Of a stretch of 64,000 nucleotides of DNA, positions 28,909 through 38,948 are shown piece by piece. The stretch is from Desulfatiglandales bacterium. GTDB lineage: Bacteria; Desulfobacterota; DSM-4660; Desulfatiglandales; HGW-15. Made by a program: the position numbers and the translations under genes. The stretch lies in the NCBI GenBank assembly GCA_963667015.2, contig CAXXJJ010000004.1:992001-1056000 (forward strand), given 5' to 3'. Position 1 is the first letter of the stretch. Each line of letters opens with the position of its first letter. The notes below the pieces were generated by a model that was not told the DNA's origin, did not search any database, and worked only from the letters and a program-made list of their open reading frames with translations.

Positions 28909-28910
28909 TT

Positions 28911-29588
28911 TTATTTTACCTTAAGAGAAATATAAACCAGCGTTAGCATTGTAAAAACAAAAGCCTGAACGGTTCCCACAAACAGGCCGAAGTACATAAC
29001 CAGAAAAGGCGGTATTATAATGCTTTTAAGAAGCTGAGAGCCTATAATAATTATTATCGCACCACCCAGAATATTACCGTAAAGACGGAAAGAAACGGAT
29101 ACAACCTGCGCAATCTCACCTATTAAATTAAGGGGAGCCATAAACCACATCGGGCTGCAGTACTCCTTAAGGTATCCGCCAATACCTTTAGCCCTTATAC
29201 CTGAATAATGTGAAACTATGCCCCCGAGTATACCCATACTAAGTGTGGTATTGAGGTCTCTGGTAGGTTCTGCCATCATGGGTATGGCTCCTATCCAGTT
29301 GCAGAGCAGGAAAAACATGAAGAGAGAACAGATCATTGGAAAATATTTTTTTGCCCGTTCTTCATCAAGGGTATCGACAACAAGGTTATAAAAGATATTA
29401 ACCAGTGATTCGGCAACTACCTGGACCGGATGTGGAATAAGACCAGCCTTTTTTGTTGCGAAATATGAAAAAACAATCAGAATCCCCATTACAATCCAGG
29501 TCATGATCAGAGACGTCATATTAAGGACCATAAAACTGTTATGAAATCCGGGAATAGCTACCTGCCAAACATTTGTCAATTCTTCCAT
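28911..29588 (-). CDS. atpB: F0F1 ATP synthase subunit a
   Basis: PTRDLN, SVSFRLYGN (essential Arg), VQAFVF. Confidence 0.95.
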   Translation of the reverse strand: MEELTNVWQVAIPGFHNSFMVLNMTSLIMTWIVMGILIVFSYFATKKAGLIPHPVQVVAESLVNIFYNLVVDTLDEERAKKYFPMICSLFMFFLLCNWIGAIPMMAEPTRDLNTTLSMGILGGIVSHYSGIRAKGIGGYLKEYCSPMWFMAPLNLIGEIAQVVSVSFRLYGNILGGAIIIIIGSQLLKSIIIPPFLVMYFGLFVGTVQAFVFTMLTLVYISLKVK

Positions 29589-29601
29589 TGTCTAAGCCTT
29601 A

Positions 29602-29994
29602 CTATGCCTTTCTTATCTTGGAAAATCTGCCAATTACCAGGTGATTAAAAAGTATTGAGAACTGGACCATAAAAATGCCGGCAACAGTCCCGTAAAAATT
29701 AATTGATTCCGACTTGTAGGATATTGCCAGCGGTACTGCCAGTAAAGCGTATCTGAAAAATATAGAGAGAAAGGCCCTGGATCCTGCGCGTACCTTATTT
29801 TTAGCACCTGCAATCTGTCGGTCCAAGAATATTCCCATGATAACAAAGTTTATAACACTGAAAAGAGCGCCAAGAACCAAACCTTTGCCAATAGCCTTTT
29901 GTCCAACAATTATAAGTATAAACGCAATGCTTATTGCATAAAACATAGCCCTGTTGCAATAATACTTTTGAGCCTTTTTTACCTCTTCATCCAT
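29602..29994 (-). CDS. atpI: ATP synthase protein I
   Basis: Four hydrophobic helices, GLVLGALFSVINF, positioned before atpB. Confidence 0.8.
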   Translation of the reverse strand: MDEEVKKAQKYYCNRAMFYAISIAFILIIVGQKAIGKGLVLGALFSVINFVIMGIFLDRQIAGAKNKVRAGSRAFLSIFFRYALLAVPLAISYKSESINFYGTVAGIFMVQFSILFNHLVIGRFSKIRKA

Positions 29995-30256
29995 TTTTAT
30001 TGTTTTCCGGATCAGATTCTTTGTTTTTATTACTGAGATTCAGTACCTCGTCTATCTGCCTGTATACCGTTATCCCACCGCCGACAACACCAAGGATAAT
30101 AAAAATAGTTAAGAACAGGCCTTTTGTTCCGAGCCACTTATCCAGAAAATAGCCAATAGCAAAACAAAATAAGATACAGCCAACCATGGTCAAACCCAGA
30201 TGGCTGGCGATGGTTAAATCGTCAAAAATACCTCGATGTTTTTTTAAATCAAAAAT
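29987..30256 (-). CDS. AtpZ/AtpI-family small membrane protein; start uncertain (ATT 30256 or TTG 30193)
   Basis: IGYFLDKWLGT motif. The frame stays open upstream to an ATT 6 nt after CAGGAG. Confidence 0.75.
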   Translation of the reverse strand: MFDLKKHRGIFDDLTIASHLGLTMVGCILFCFAIGYFLDKWLGTKGLFLTIFIILGVVGGGITVYRQIDEVLNLSNKNKESDPENNKNG

Positions 30257-30498
30257 CGGAAACTCCTGACTAATTTAACTATTTGATAATACCCAACAGA
30301 TTATTTGTAGATTCTTTTAAGTAAAATTTCAGCAACTGTAAAGAAAAAAATTGTGAAGCATAATTAAAAGTTGATAATAAAGCTTATAAATATGATATAT
30401 AATGACCTGATATAGAAAAATGATTTGGCTTAAATTTTAATAAAAGATTGCGATTAATATAATTTTAAATTGATTTACAATTGAATTTACTGAACTTA

Positions 30499-30514
30499 TG
30501 GTATGATTTCTGCA
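30499..30514 (+). promoter_or_regulatory. Sigma-54 (-24/-12) promoter upstream of pta
   Basis: TGGTATGATTTCTGCA has GG-N10-GC spacing. Confidence 0.55.
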
Positions 30515-30614
30515 ATAATTCACTTATTTTCCTGAAAAAAATAAATTATTCAGGAAACAGGTAATATAGAAAATGTATGATCTCATACCTATTTTTAATG
30601 GAGGCTTCTTATAG

Positions 30615-32726
30615 ATGGCGAATAATCTGTATATTACATCCACTGAATCTCGCAGCGGAAAATCTGCAATTTGCCTTGGAATAATGGAATTATTAATACG
30701 AAATATTGACAGGGTAGGGTTTTTCCGTCCACTGATAAGAGACAAAAACGAAAAACCGGATAATGATATTGAGCTGATATCCAAATATTTCAAACTGGAC
30801 ATACCCTATGATGATATGTACGGGTGTACAACAACCGAGGCAAACGAACTTATTGCCCTTGGAAAGCAGGATGTTTTAATTGAACGCATTTTTACTAAAT
30901 ACAACAACATTAAAGATGATTATGATTTTGTCCTTTGTGAGGGCACTGATTTTGAAGGTTCAACCTCTTCCCTTGAATTTGACATAAACGCCGAAGTGGC
31001 AAACAATCTGGGGTGCCCTGTTCTTCTTGTTGCATCCGCTCACAATAAAACGCCCGGTAACACCTTTAATGCCATAGAGGCAACGGTTGAATCCCTTAAT
31101 GAAAAAGGATGCAAGATATTATCCATAATAGTCAACAGGGCCAATCCTTCGGATGAAAAGGAAATCATCAATTACCTTGACCGGAAATTTGAAGATTCGG
31201 ATATGCTGATCTACTCTATCCCAAATGAAAAATATCTGGGGAATCCGACAATAGGTGAAATAGTCGAGATACTCAATGCCAGGGTACTCTATGGCCATGA
31301 TCAGCTTGACCGTCATGCACATAATATTATCGTTGCAGCAATGCAGCTGAGAAATTTTCTTAAGGGTATTGATCACGGAACGCTTGTTATTACACCCGGT
31401 GACAGGGGTGATGTTATTATAGCATGCCTTGCGTCTGTATCATCAGTAACAATGCCGGCAATATCGGGCATACTGCTTACCGGAGGCCTGAGACCCGAAG
31501 AAACAATCTGCAAACTTATCGAAGGTCTTTCAAACATGGTGCCTATTGTCAGTGTTGAAACAGACACCTTTAATTCAGCCAGAATGGTAGATAATATCCA
31601 TGCGGTCATATCTCCTACAAACACCCGCAAGATAACCAGGGCACTTGAACTTTTTGAAAAGAACGTTTCCGTATCCGATCTTACTGAAAAGATAATAGAG
31701 ACACAGACAACAACAGTCACACCCAAGATGTTTGAGTACAATCTCATTCAGAAGGCAAAAATTCAAAAACAGCATATTGTCCTGCCTGAAGGCGAGGATG
31801 AGAGGATACTGAGGGCCGCAGAAATTCTCTTAAGAAGAGATGTCGTTAAACTGTCACTCCTCGGAAATGAAATAGAGATAAGAAAAAAGATGATGCGCCT
31901 GGGATTACATCTTGAGGGTGCAGAGATAATAGATATCAAAAAAAGCCAACGATATGATGAATATGTTGAATCATATTATGAACTTCGGAAAAACAAGGGA
32001 ATAACAAGAGAGATGGCCAAAGATATCATGAGTGATGTGAGCTTCTTTGGAACAATGATGATAAATAAAGGTCATGCCGACGGTCTGGTATCCGGCGCTG
32101 CCCATACCACCCAGGCAACCATCAGACCTGCCTTTGAAATCATTAAAACCAAACCCGGTATTTCCCTTGTTTCCAGCATATTTTTCATGTGCATGTCCGA
32201 CCGGGTTCTTGTATATGGCGACTGTGCAGTAAATCCTGAACCCAATGCAGCACAACTGGCAGAAATTGCAATCAATTCAGCCCAGACAGCAAAGACATTC
32301 GGTATAAATCCGGTCGTAGCCATGCTCTCATATTCCACCGGAGAGTCAGGAAAGGGTGAGGACGTGGATAAGGTCAGGGAGGCAACAAAAATCGCTAAAA
32401 AACTTTCTGAAATACATTACCCGGGTCTTAAAATAGAGGGACCGATCCAATATGATGCGGCGGTAGACCCTGAAGTAGCCCTAAGAAAAATGCCTGAAAG
32501 TGAAGTCGCAGGCAAGGCAACAGTCTTTATTTTTCCTGACCTTAACACCGGGAACAATACATACAAGGCAGTGCAAAGATCCGCTGGAGCAGTGGCCATC
32601 GGTCCCGTGCTTCAGGGTTTGAAAATGCCTGTCAACGATCTCAGCAGAGGATGCACTGTAACCGACATAGTAAATACCGTTGCTATAACGGCAATTCAGG
32701 CAATAGGCAAAAAAGGTTTAATTTAG
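30615..32726 (+). CDS. pta: Phosphate acetyltransferase (long form, with AAA_26 and DRTGG domains)
   Basis: SGKS N-domain, ITPGDR, IVLPEGEDERILRAA, GPIQYDAA, PVNDLSRGC. Confidence 0.97.
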   Translation: MANNLYITSTESRSGKSAICLGIMELLIRNIDRVGFFRPLIRDKNEKPDNDIELISKYFKLDIPYDDMYGCTTTEANELIALGKQDVLIERIFTKYNNIKDDYDFVLCEGTDFEGSTSSLEFDINAEVANNLGCPVLLVASAHNKTPGNTFNAIEATVESLNEKGCKILSIIVNRANPSDEKEIINYLDRKFEDSDMLIYSIPNEKYLGNPTIGEIVEILNARVLYGHDQLDRHAHNIIVAAMQLRNFLKGIDHGTLVITPGDRGDVIIACLASVSSVTMPAISGILLTGGLRPEETICKLIEGLSNMVPIVSVETDTFNSARMVDNIHAVISPTNTRKITRALELFEKNVSVSDLTEKIIETQTTTVTPKMFEYNLIQKAKIQKQHIVLPEGEDERILRAAEILLRRDVVKLSLLGNEIEIRKKMMRLGLHLEGAEIIDIKKSQRYDEYVESYYELRKNKGITREMAKDIMSDVSFFGTMMINKGHADGLVSGAAHTTQATIRPAFEIIKTKPGISLVSSIFFMCMSDRVLVYGDCAVNPEPNAAQLAEIAINSAQTAKTFGINPVVAMLSYSTGESGKGEDVDKVREATKIAKKLSEIHYPGLKIEGPIQYDAAVDPEVALRKMPESEVAGKATVFIFPDLNTGNNTYKAVQRSAGAVAIGPVLQGLKMPVNDLSRGCTVTDIVNTVAITAIQAIGKKGLI

Positions 32727-32838
32727 AAAATAGACTATCCCGCTCAAATGCAACGGGTTATCTGAAAAATTAATTAAACACCGAAGGCGGCAGGATTACC
32801 TGTCCGCCTTTGATGCATTAAAGAAGAGAGGTTTTGTT

Positions 32839-34053
32839 TTGAAAATATTAGTAATAAACACGGGTAGTTCATCCATTAAATATCAGCTTTTTAACATGGA
32901 AAATCAGACAGTACTCTGTTCAGGAGTAGTAGAAAAAATAGGAGAGGATCACGGTTCTCTTGCACACAAAATTTTTAAAGAAAATGGAGATATATTAAAA
33001 AAAGAATATGAAGGCCATATTGGTGACCATCAGACAGGTTTTAAACATATCGTGGATTACCTTATCAATGAAGAATTTGGTGTCATAAGTGACAGATCGG
33101 AAATATCAGCTGTAGGTCACAGGGTAGTCCATGGCGGTGAAACATTTAAAGCTCCAACAGTAATCGATGAAGCGGTTATAGAGGCAATTACAAGGAATAT
33201 CCCCCTTGCACCTCTTCATAATCCTTCAAATCTAACAGGGATTGAAGTAGCCATGTCTGTTTTTCCAGAATCAAAACAGATTGCCGTTTTCGATACAGCC
33301 TTCCATCAGAGTATTCCACCCTATGCCTTTATGTATGCCCTGCCCTATGATCTGTATAAAAATAACAGGGTAAGAAGATACGGGTTTCATGGTACATCAC
33401 ATGCCTATGTTTCAGGAGTGTGTGCTGAATATTTAAAGCGCCCGCTTGATGAGTTAAATATAATTACAATTCACCTTGGTAACGGCGCCAGCATGGCCGC
33501 TCTTAAAAACGGACAATGCATTGATACAAGCATGGGCATGACGCCACTGGAAGGACTTGTAATGGGAACCAGGACAGGAGATGTTGACCCGGCCCTCCCC
33601 TTTTTCCTTGCAGATCATCTGCATATGTCTTTAAAGGAGATAGATACCATTCTTAACAAAGAAAGCGGTCTCAAAGGCATCTGCGGAACCAATGATATGA
33701 GAGAGGTCTTTGAAAAAAGAGATAAAGGTGATAAAAAGGCAATACTGGCGCTGGATATATATACATATCGCATAAAAAAATATATCGGGTCCTACTACGC
33801 GGCACTTGGCAGCCTTGATGCAATTGTATTCACCGCAGGCATTGGCGAAAACTCTCCTGATATTCGAAAATTTTCCTGCGCAGGTCTCGAAAATATGGGA
33901 ATAAAAATTAATGAAGAAAAAAATAATTCCTATAAAAAAGGCCTAAGTGAAATCAGTACTGCTGACAGCAGGGTTAAGGTTCTGATAATACCGACCAATG
34001 AAGAACTCAGAATTGCCCAGGAAACAAAAAAGATTATTGACGGTTTGAGCTGA
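32839..34053 (+). CDS. ackA: Acetate kinase
   Basis: LVINTGSSSIK, GHRVVHGG, APLHNP, YGFHGTSH, FTAGIGEN, PTNEE. Confidence 0.97.
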   Translation: MKILVINTGSSSIKYQLFNMENQTVLCSGVVEKIGEDHGSLAHKIFKENGDILKKEYEGHIGDHQTGFKHIVDYLINEEFGVISDRSEISAVGHRVVHGGETFKAPTVIDEAVIEAITRNIPLAPLHNPSNLTGIEVAMSVFPESKQIAVFDTAFHQSIPPYAFMYALPYDLYKNNRVRRYGFHGTSHAYVSGVCAEYLKRPLDELNIITIHLGNGASMAALKNGQCIDTSMGMTPLEGLVMGTRTGDVDPALPFFLADHLHMSLKEIDTILNKESGLKGICGTNDMREVFEKRDKGDKKAILALDIYTYRIKKYIGSYYAALGSLDAIVFTAGIGENSPDIRKFSCAGLENMGIKINEEKNNSYKKGLSEISTADSRVKVLIIPTNEELRIAQETKKIIDGLS

Positions 34054-34113
34054 TAGATATTAATAAAAGAATATTATATTCCTAAAATCATAAAAACCAA
34101 AAAGGAGGAAAAG

Positions 34114-35628
34114 ATGGCCAGGGAAACAATAGTCTCAAATTTTAATTTGAAGGGTAGAGAGATTTTATCTTCCTATGCCGCCTATACCATTGAAGGTGTC
34201 ATGACAGCACGGGTCAAAAGAGGCCGTGACAGCTGGACAATAGAAGAAAGGAACGGCATCGCCAAGGGAACATCAGACGGAGAAAATGAGGCAATCTATA
34301 TACCCAATGACAAGGCTATAAAATCAATTGAAAAAAATATTGTTCCTCTTCTTCCCAAAAAAGTAGTTATAAAAACCCCAAAGGATATTCTCAAGGCGGT
34401 TGAGGAGTTTGACCTCAAGCTTATCGAAAAGGCCGGTCCAAACAAGAAGAAATGGGGAGGAAATGCATGCCTGGCCTCTTCAACGGTATTTTTCCAGACC
34501 CTTTTAAAGGCTTCGGGGTATGAGGCATGGGAACTGCTTGCACCGAGAGGAATGAAAACGTTCTATATGCCTAATATTGCATTCAACATGGTATGCGGCG
34601 GCGAACATGTCCCGGGCACAAAACAGGACATCCAGGAGATGTTCTTTTTTGCCATGAAGGAGAAGACTATCAAGGGCGTATTCACGCAGGCTGTTAAATT
34701 CTTCAAACAGTTTGAAAAGAACCTGGTAAGGGACGGACTTCCGACCGGTACTGCAAAGGAAAGGGGCTTTGTCTTTCCGGTAAAGGATAACTATGAGGGA
34801 CTTACCCGGATAAAGGAATGTGCTAAACAGCTCGGCCTTGGTGTCACAGATTATGCAATAGGTACTGACAATGCCTTTAGTGAGATACAGAAATCAGATG
34901 AGCTAAGGGCTAGAGGTCTTTATGATATGAGATTTTCCGGACTGGGGATCAAAACCCGTGAAGAGCTTATTGAATTTGATGCTGAGATAGTAAAAAGCGC
35001 CAAGAACTTTGTGACCATGGAAGATCCGGGTTCCGAATCGGATATTGAAGCCCATAAACTGATGAACGAAAAATATGGCGACAGGGTCCAGATTGTTCTT
35101 GATGACTGTGCGGTAACACAGATGAGGTTTATCATCCCTTTCCTGGCGGCAGCCGAACAAAAAAACAGGGCAGGAAACTCCGTGCTTATCAAGCTAAACC
35201 AGGCCGGCACCTTTACAGAAACCTGTCTCGCGACTGAGATAGTTCTTGGAGTGGCTGATACTGAAAAGGTTGAGAGATTCCTCATTGCCAGAAAAGATAT
35301 TAAAACTGTATTAAAAGACTTAAAGGCACTTGGGGTAAACAGCCTTAAAGAGGCAATTGATAACATAAAAAAATTAGGTTCAACCGCATTCTTCTCTCAT
35401 CGATCAACAGAGGGTTCATCGGAGTTTCTTCCATACATGCCTCTGATTTACGGGGCAGTGTCCAGAAAGTTATGGTTCAAGGCAGGTGCTCCCAACGGTG
35501 AAAGAAACCTTCAGAACTATAATCCTCTAATTCGCGCAGAAGAGGCGATGCAGGAAAAAGGCATCGAAACAGTAGTAACAGGTTTTGGCGGATTACCGGA
35601 TGGAGTAAAAATTCCGGCGGTAAAATAA
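34114..35628 (+). CDS. Highly divergent enolase-family protein
   Basis: GREIL, GGEH, IQEM, MEDP, VLDD, LIKLNQAGT, SHRS and FKAGAP..ER map onto enolase motifs. Confidence 0.75.
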   Translation: MARETIVSNFNLKGREILSSYAAYTIEGVMTARVKRGRDSWTIEERNGIAKGTSDGENEAIYIPNDKAIKSIEKNIVPLLPKKVVIKTPKDILKAVEEFDLKLIEKAGPNKKKWGGNACLASSTVFFQTLLKASGYEAWELLAPRGMKTFYMPNIAFNMVCGGEHVPGTKQDIQEMFFFAMKEKTIKGVFTQAVKFFKQFEKNLVRDGLPTGTAKERGFVFPVKDNYEGLTRIKECAKQLGLGVTDYAIGTDNAFSEIQKSDELRARGLYDMRFSGLGIKTREELIEFDAEIVKSAKNFVTMEDPGSESDIEAHKLMNEKYGDRVQIVLDDCAVTQMRFIIPFLAAAEQKNRAGNSVLIKLNQAGTFTETCLATEIVLGVADTEKVERFLIARKDIKTVLKDLKALGVNSLKEAIDNIKKLGSTAFFSHRSTEGSSEFLPYMPLIYGAVSRKLWFKAGAPNGERNLQNYNPLIRAEEAMQEKGIETVVTGFGGLPDGVKIPAVK

Positions 35629-35631
35629 TAC

Positions 35632-35693
35632 AGGGCGAAAAATTTTTCGCCCCTACAAACGGTTTATGGGGGCACGGTGCACCGTGCCCTTAC
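35632..35693. repeat. Two GTAG-family REP palindromes
   Basis: agggcgaaaaatttttcgcccctac and gggcacggtgcaccgtgcccttac. Confidence 0.65.
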
Positions 35694-35796
35694 CATTTAT
35701 AATGATGATCCATAATATGCTACCGCATGTTGGGCAAAATCATATTCGATATATGAATTAACGATACCCTTTCATCTATTAAGGAAATAAAGTCAC

Positions 35797-37671
35797 TTGA
35801 GCGCTGTCTTTAAAGATAAGAAAAACTTTAAAACAACCAGAACGATCCACAATAAGGAGCCGGATTACAACAGGCCCTTACTCGATATACCACCTTCCTC
35901 CAGAGATAAACTGTTTAAAAGACTTGCCATTCTTTATGGAGAAAAAGTGGCGGAAGCAAATATACCTGAGCTTGAGAGGATCATGCAGGTATATTACGCC
36001 TATAAACCACTGGAGATGATCCGGCGTGAAAAAGATTTCGACCATGAAAGCAGGTTTACTCAAGAGGACATTATACTTATTACCTATGGAGATCTCATCT
36101 ACGGACGTGAAAGCTCACCTCTGGCTACACTTGCCAAACTCTGCGATACATATCTTGAAGGGACTATAAACACCCTGCATATCCTGCCTTTTTTCCCCTA
36201 TTCTTCAGATAAGGGTTTTTCTATTACAGACTTTGAAGAGGTTGATCCCAAACTTGGCACCTGGGAAGATATTGAAGACCTTGAAAGCCGCTATCAGCTA
36301 ATGTTTGATGGTGTAATAAACCATGCATCTGCAAAAAGCAGATGGTTTCAGGAGTTTCTAAACGGGCATCCATATTTCTGGGAATTTTTTATAAACTTTA
36401 ATTCACCGTCCGAACTTCCGGATGATCAGAGAAAATTAATCTTTCGTCCGAGAACCTCTGATATCTTAACGGAATTCAAGACATTAAACGGCCCTAAATG
36501 GGTCTGGACAACATTTTCAACAGACCAGATCGATCTTAACTATACCAACCCGGACGTCTTGATCAAGATGATTGAGATCCTGCTTCTTTATGTAAGGCAT
36601 GGTGCGGATATTATCAGGCTTGATGCGGTTACATATCTGTGGGCCCAGCCCGGAACAAGGTGTGTTCACCTTGAACAGACACATGAAATTGTGAAACTGT
36701 TTCGCGATATACTTGATATTGTTGCGCCCAGCGTGGCACTTATCACCGAGACAAATGTTCCGCATGATGAGAATATATCCTATTTCGGAAACGGCAGTGA
36801 CGAAGCTCAGATGGTATATAATTTTGCCCTGCCCCCGCTTGTTCTGCATACATTCTACAAAATGGATTCCAAAACCCTAACAAAATGGGCAATATCTCTT
36901 AAAAAGCCTTCCAATACCGCTACGTTTTTCAATTTCCTTGATTCTCATGACGGTATCGGTGTTATGGCAGTAAACAATATACTCACTTCAGAGGAAATAA
37001 AATTTATTGTTGATAAGGTTCGGAGGCACGGAGGATTAATATCCTATAAGACAGCCTCTGATGGCAGTGAAATGCCATACGAGCTTAACATTACCTGGTT
37101 CAGTGCCCTGAACTACACGGAAAATGATGATGAAGATCTGGCCTTTCAGGTTAAGAGATTCGTTGCCTCAAGATCAATCGCCCTTGCCCTGCAGGGCGTC
37201 CCGGGGATTTATCTTCACAGTCTTATCGGAACGCCTAATGATATTGCAGCGGTTTTATCAAACCATTCAAACCGCGATATCAACAGGACAGTAATTGATG
37301 AAGAGGCTATCAGAAAGGAACTTGAGGATCCTCTATCTAAAATATCACGGATAAGCAGGGAGCTCGGACGCCTGATCATAATCAGAACACGTAAAAGGGC
37401 CTTTCATCCCAACAGTGACCAGAAGGTTCTGGATCTTTCAAGGGCTGTCTTTGCTGTTATAAGAAAAAGTTCAGAAGATGAAATCCTGCTTGCGCTGACG
37501 AATATTACCGACAGGGCATGTCATCTTGAAATCCCCCTGTCTTGCACAGGAGAGACAAATCCAAGATGGTTTGATATTGTAAGTAAGACAGAATTTGATG
37601 TAGACGAGGGAAAAATATTTATTACCATGGAACCCTATGACATTATCTGGCTGGAACCTTTTCATGAATAA
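35797..37671 (+). CDS. GH13_18 glycoside phosphorylase (sucrose/glucosylglycerate phosphorylase-like)
   Basis: HILPFFPYSSDKGF, WTTFS, RLDAV, ITETNVPH, SHDGIG, PYELN. Confidence 0.9.
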   Translation: MSAVFKDKKNFKTTRTIHNKEPDYNRPLLDIPPSSRDKLFKRLAILYGEKVAEANIPELERIMQVYYAYKPLEMIRREKDFDHESRFTQEDIILITYGDLIYGRESSPLATLAKLCDTYLEGTINTLHILPFFPYSSDKGFSITDFEEVDPKLGTWEDIEDLESRYQLMFDGVINHASAKSRWFQEFLNGHPYFWEFFINFNSPSELPDDQRKLIFRPRTSDILTEFKTLNGPKWVWTTFSTDQIDLNYTNPDVLIKMIEILLLYVRHGADIIRLDAVTYLWAQPGTRCVHLEQTHEIVKLFRDILDIVAPSVALITETNVPHDENISYFGNGSDEAQMVYNFALPPLVLHTFYKMDSKTLTKWAISLKKPSNTATFFNFLDSHDGIGVMAVNNILTSEEIKFIVDKVRRHGGLISYKTASDGSEMPYELNITWFSALNYTENDDEDLAFQVKRFVASRSIALALQGVPGIYLHSLIGTPNDIAAVLSNHSNRDINRTVIDEEAIRKELEDPLSKISRISRELGRLIIIRTRKRAFHPNSDQKVLDLSRAVFAVIRKSSEDEILLALTNITDRACHLEIPLSCTGETNPRWFDIVSKTEFDVDEGKIFITMEPYDIIWLEPFHE

Positions 37672-37672
37672 T

Positions 37673-38536
37673 TCAGCTGATTGAACTAAAAAAACCAGTT
37701 ATCTCATCCTTTCTCGATTCTCTGAAATCCAGTATTTCATTAACAAAACTATCGTCAACTCCTAAATATCTAATTAACTGGTTCAGAGCGTTATCCTGTT
37801 TTTCGGGTTTTAATTCAGATTGCTTATCGAAACGGGATAGAATATCTCCCAGTTTCAGCAGTGCAATTTCTTTTGTTAATTCTTCTTCTATAAAATCAAG
37901 GTGATGACCTGTCACTGCCAGGCTTATTATGGAGGGAAAATTCCATCTTGTCAGTAACATCCCGCCTGCTTCTCCATGATCTAAACCAATAACCTTCCGT
38001 TCTATTTTATAGATATCTTTTCTGTCGGCAAATTGGGCTTCTTTTAAGACACCCTGAAACTCCTCATTAAAAAACTGATCAAATACAACCATTCCCACAT
38101 CATGAAGCAGTCCCAGAATGAATAGATACTCACTGTCCTTCTTGCCGTAAAGATGCTTACCCATTTTCCGCATGAGCAGGGCGACGGTAACACTGTGAAG
38201 CCATAAGTCTTTCCCCAGAACAGATGATTTATTTTGTGATGGCAGGCTTTTCATAACACCAATGGAAACAGCCAGCGATTTCACCATGTTGAATCCCAGT
38301 AAAGCCACAGCTCTCTCAAGATCTGATATCTTTTGAGAAAAACCATAATAGGCTGAATTGGCCACCTTCAGAATCTTTGCAGCCAGCGAAGGATCTCTAT
38401 GGATGACCTCGGTAACCAATGACACATTACTGCTTTTATCTTCAAACATGGCAAGCAATCTAGTAACAGTGGATGGTAGAGTGGGCAATTCATTAATTTT
38501 TGAATATATTTTATTTCTGAATGTAGCTTTTTCCAT
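37673..38536 (-). CDS. HDOD domain protein
   Basis: LPTLP, DPSLAAKILKVANSAYYG, LWLHS, GLLHDVG, DHGEAG..L..W. Confidence 0.93.
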   Translation of the reverse strand: MEKATFRNKIYSKINELPTLPSTVTRLLAMFEDKSSNVSLVTEVIHRDPSLAAKILKVANSAYYGFSQKISDLERAVALLGFNMVKSLAVSIGVMKSLPSQNKSSVLGKDLWLHSVTVALLMRKMGKHLYGKKDSEYLFILGLLHDVGMVVFDQFFNEEFQGVLKEAQFADRKDIYKIERKVIGLDHGEAGGMLLTRWNFPSIISLAVTGHHLDFIEEELTKEIALLKLGDILSRFDKQSELKPEKQDNALNQLIRYLGVDDSFVNEILDFRESRKDEITGFFSSIS

Positions 38537-38579
38537 TCTTAAACCGACCTTTAATAAATATGCTTAAGTAATATAGATA

Positions 38580-38595
38580 TGCAAGTTATATACCG
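38580..38595 (-). promoter_or_regulatory. Sigma-54 promoter upstream of the HDOD gene
   Basis: Minus strand reads CGGTATATAACTTGCA (GG-N10-GC), 44 nt upstream of the ATG. Confidence 0.5.
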
Positions 38596-38948
38596 CAATA
38601 AATTATTTTTTTTCTAAATAAGGAGTAGACAAAATAATGGCAAGTGGTTACATAATATACAGATATCATATCTTATTGACTATATATTACCCATATGTAT
38701 ATTCCCAATAAAATTTAAATAAATCATTTAATCAACCTATTCCTTACTTTACATTATTTTAGCTATAATTTTTTATATGGCATAATTTTTGTTATAATTA
38801 AAAAGAAGAAACCAATAATAAAGGACGGTATCTTTTATATTTTTTTGGCTTTTTTTATGCTGTTTTTCTAATAATCTTGATTATTATTAGTTATTAAGGT
38901 AACAAAACATGCTGTTTTTTAGCATAAATCACTTAAATAAGGCCTGTT

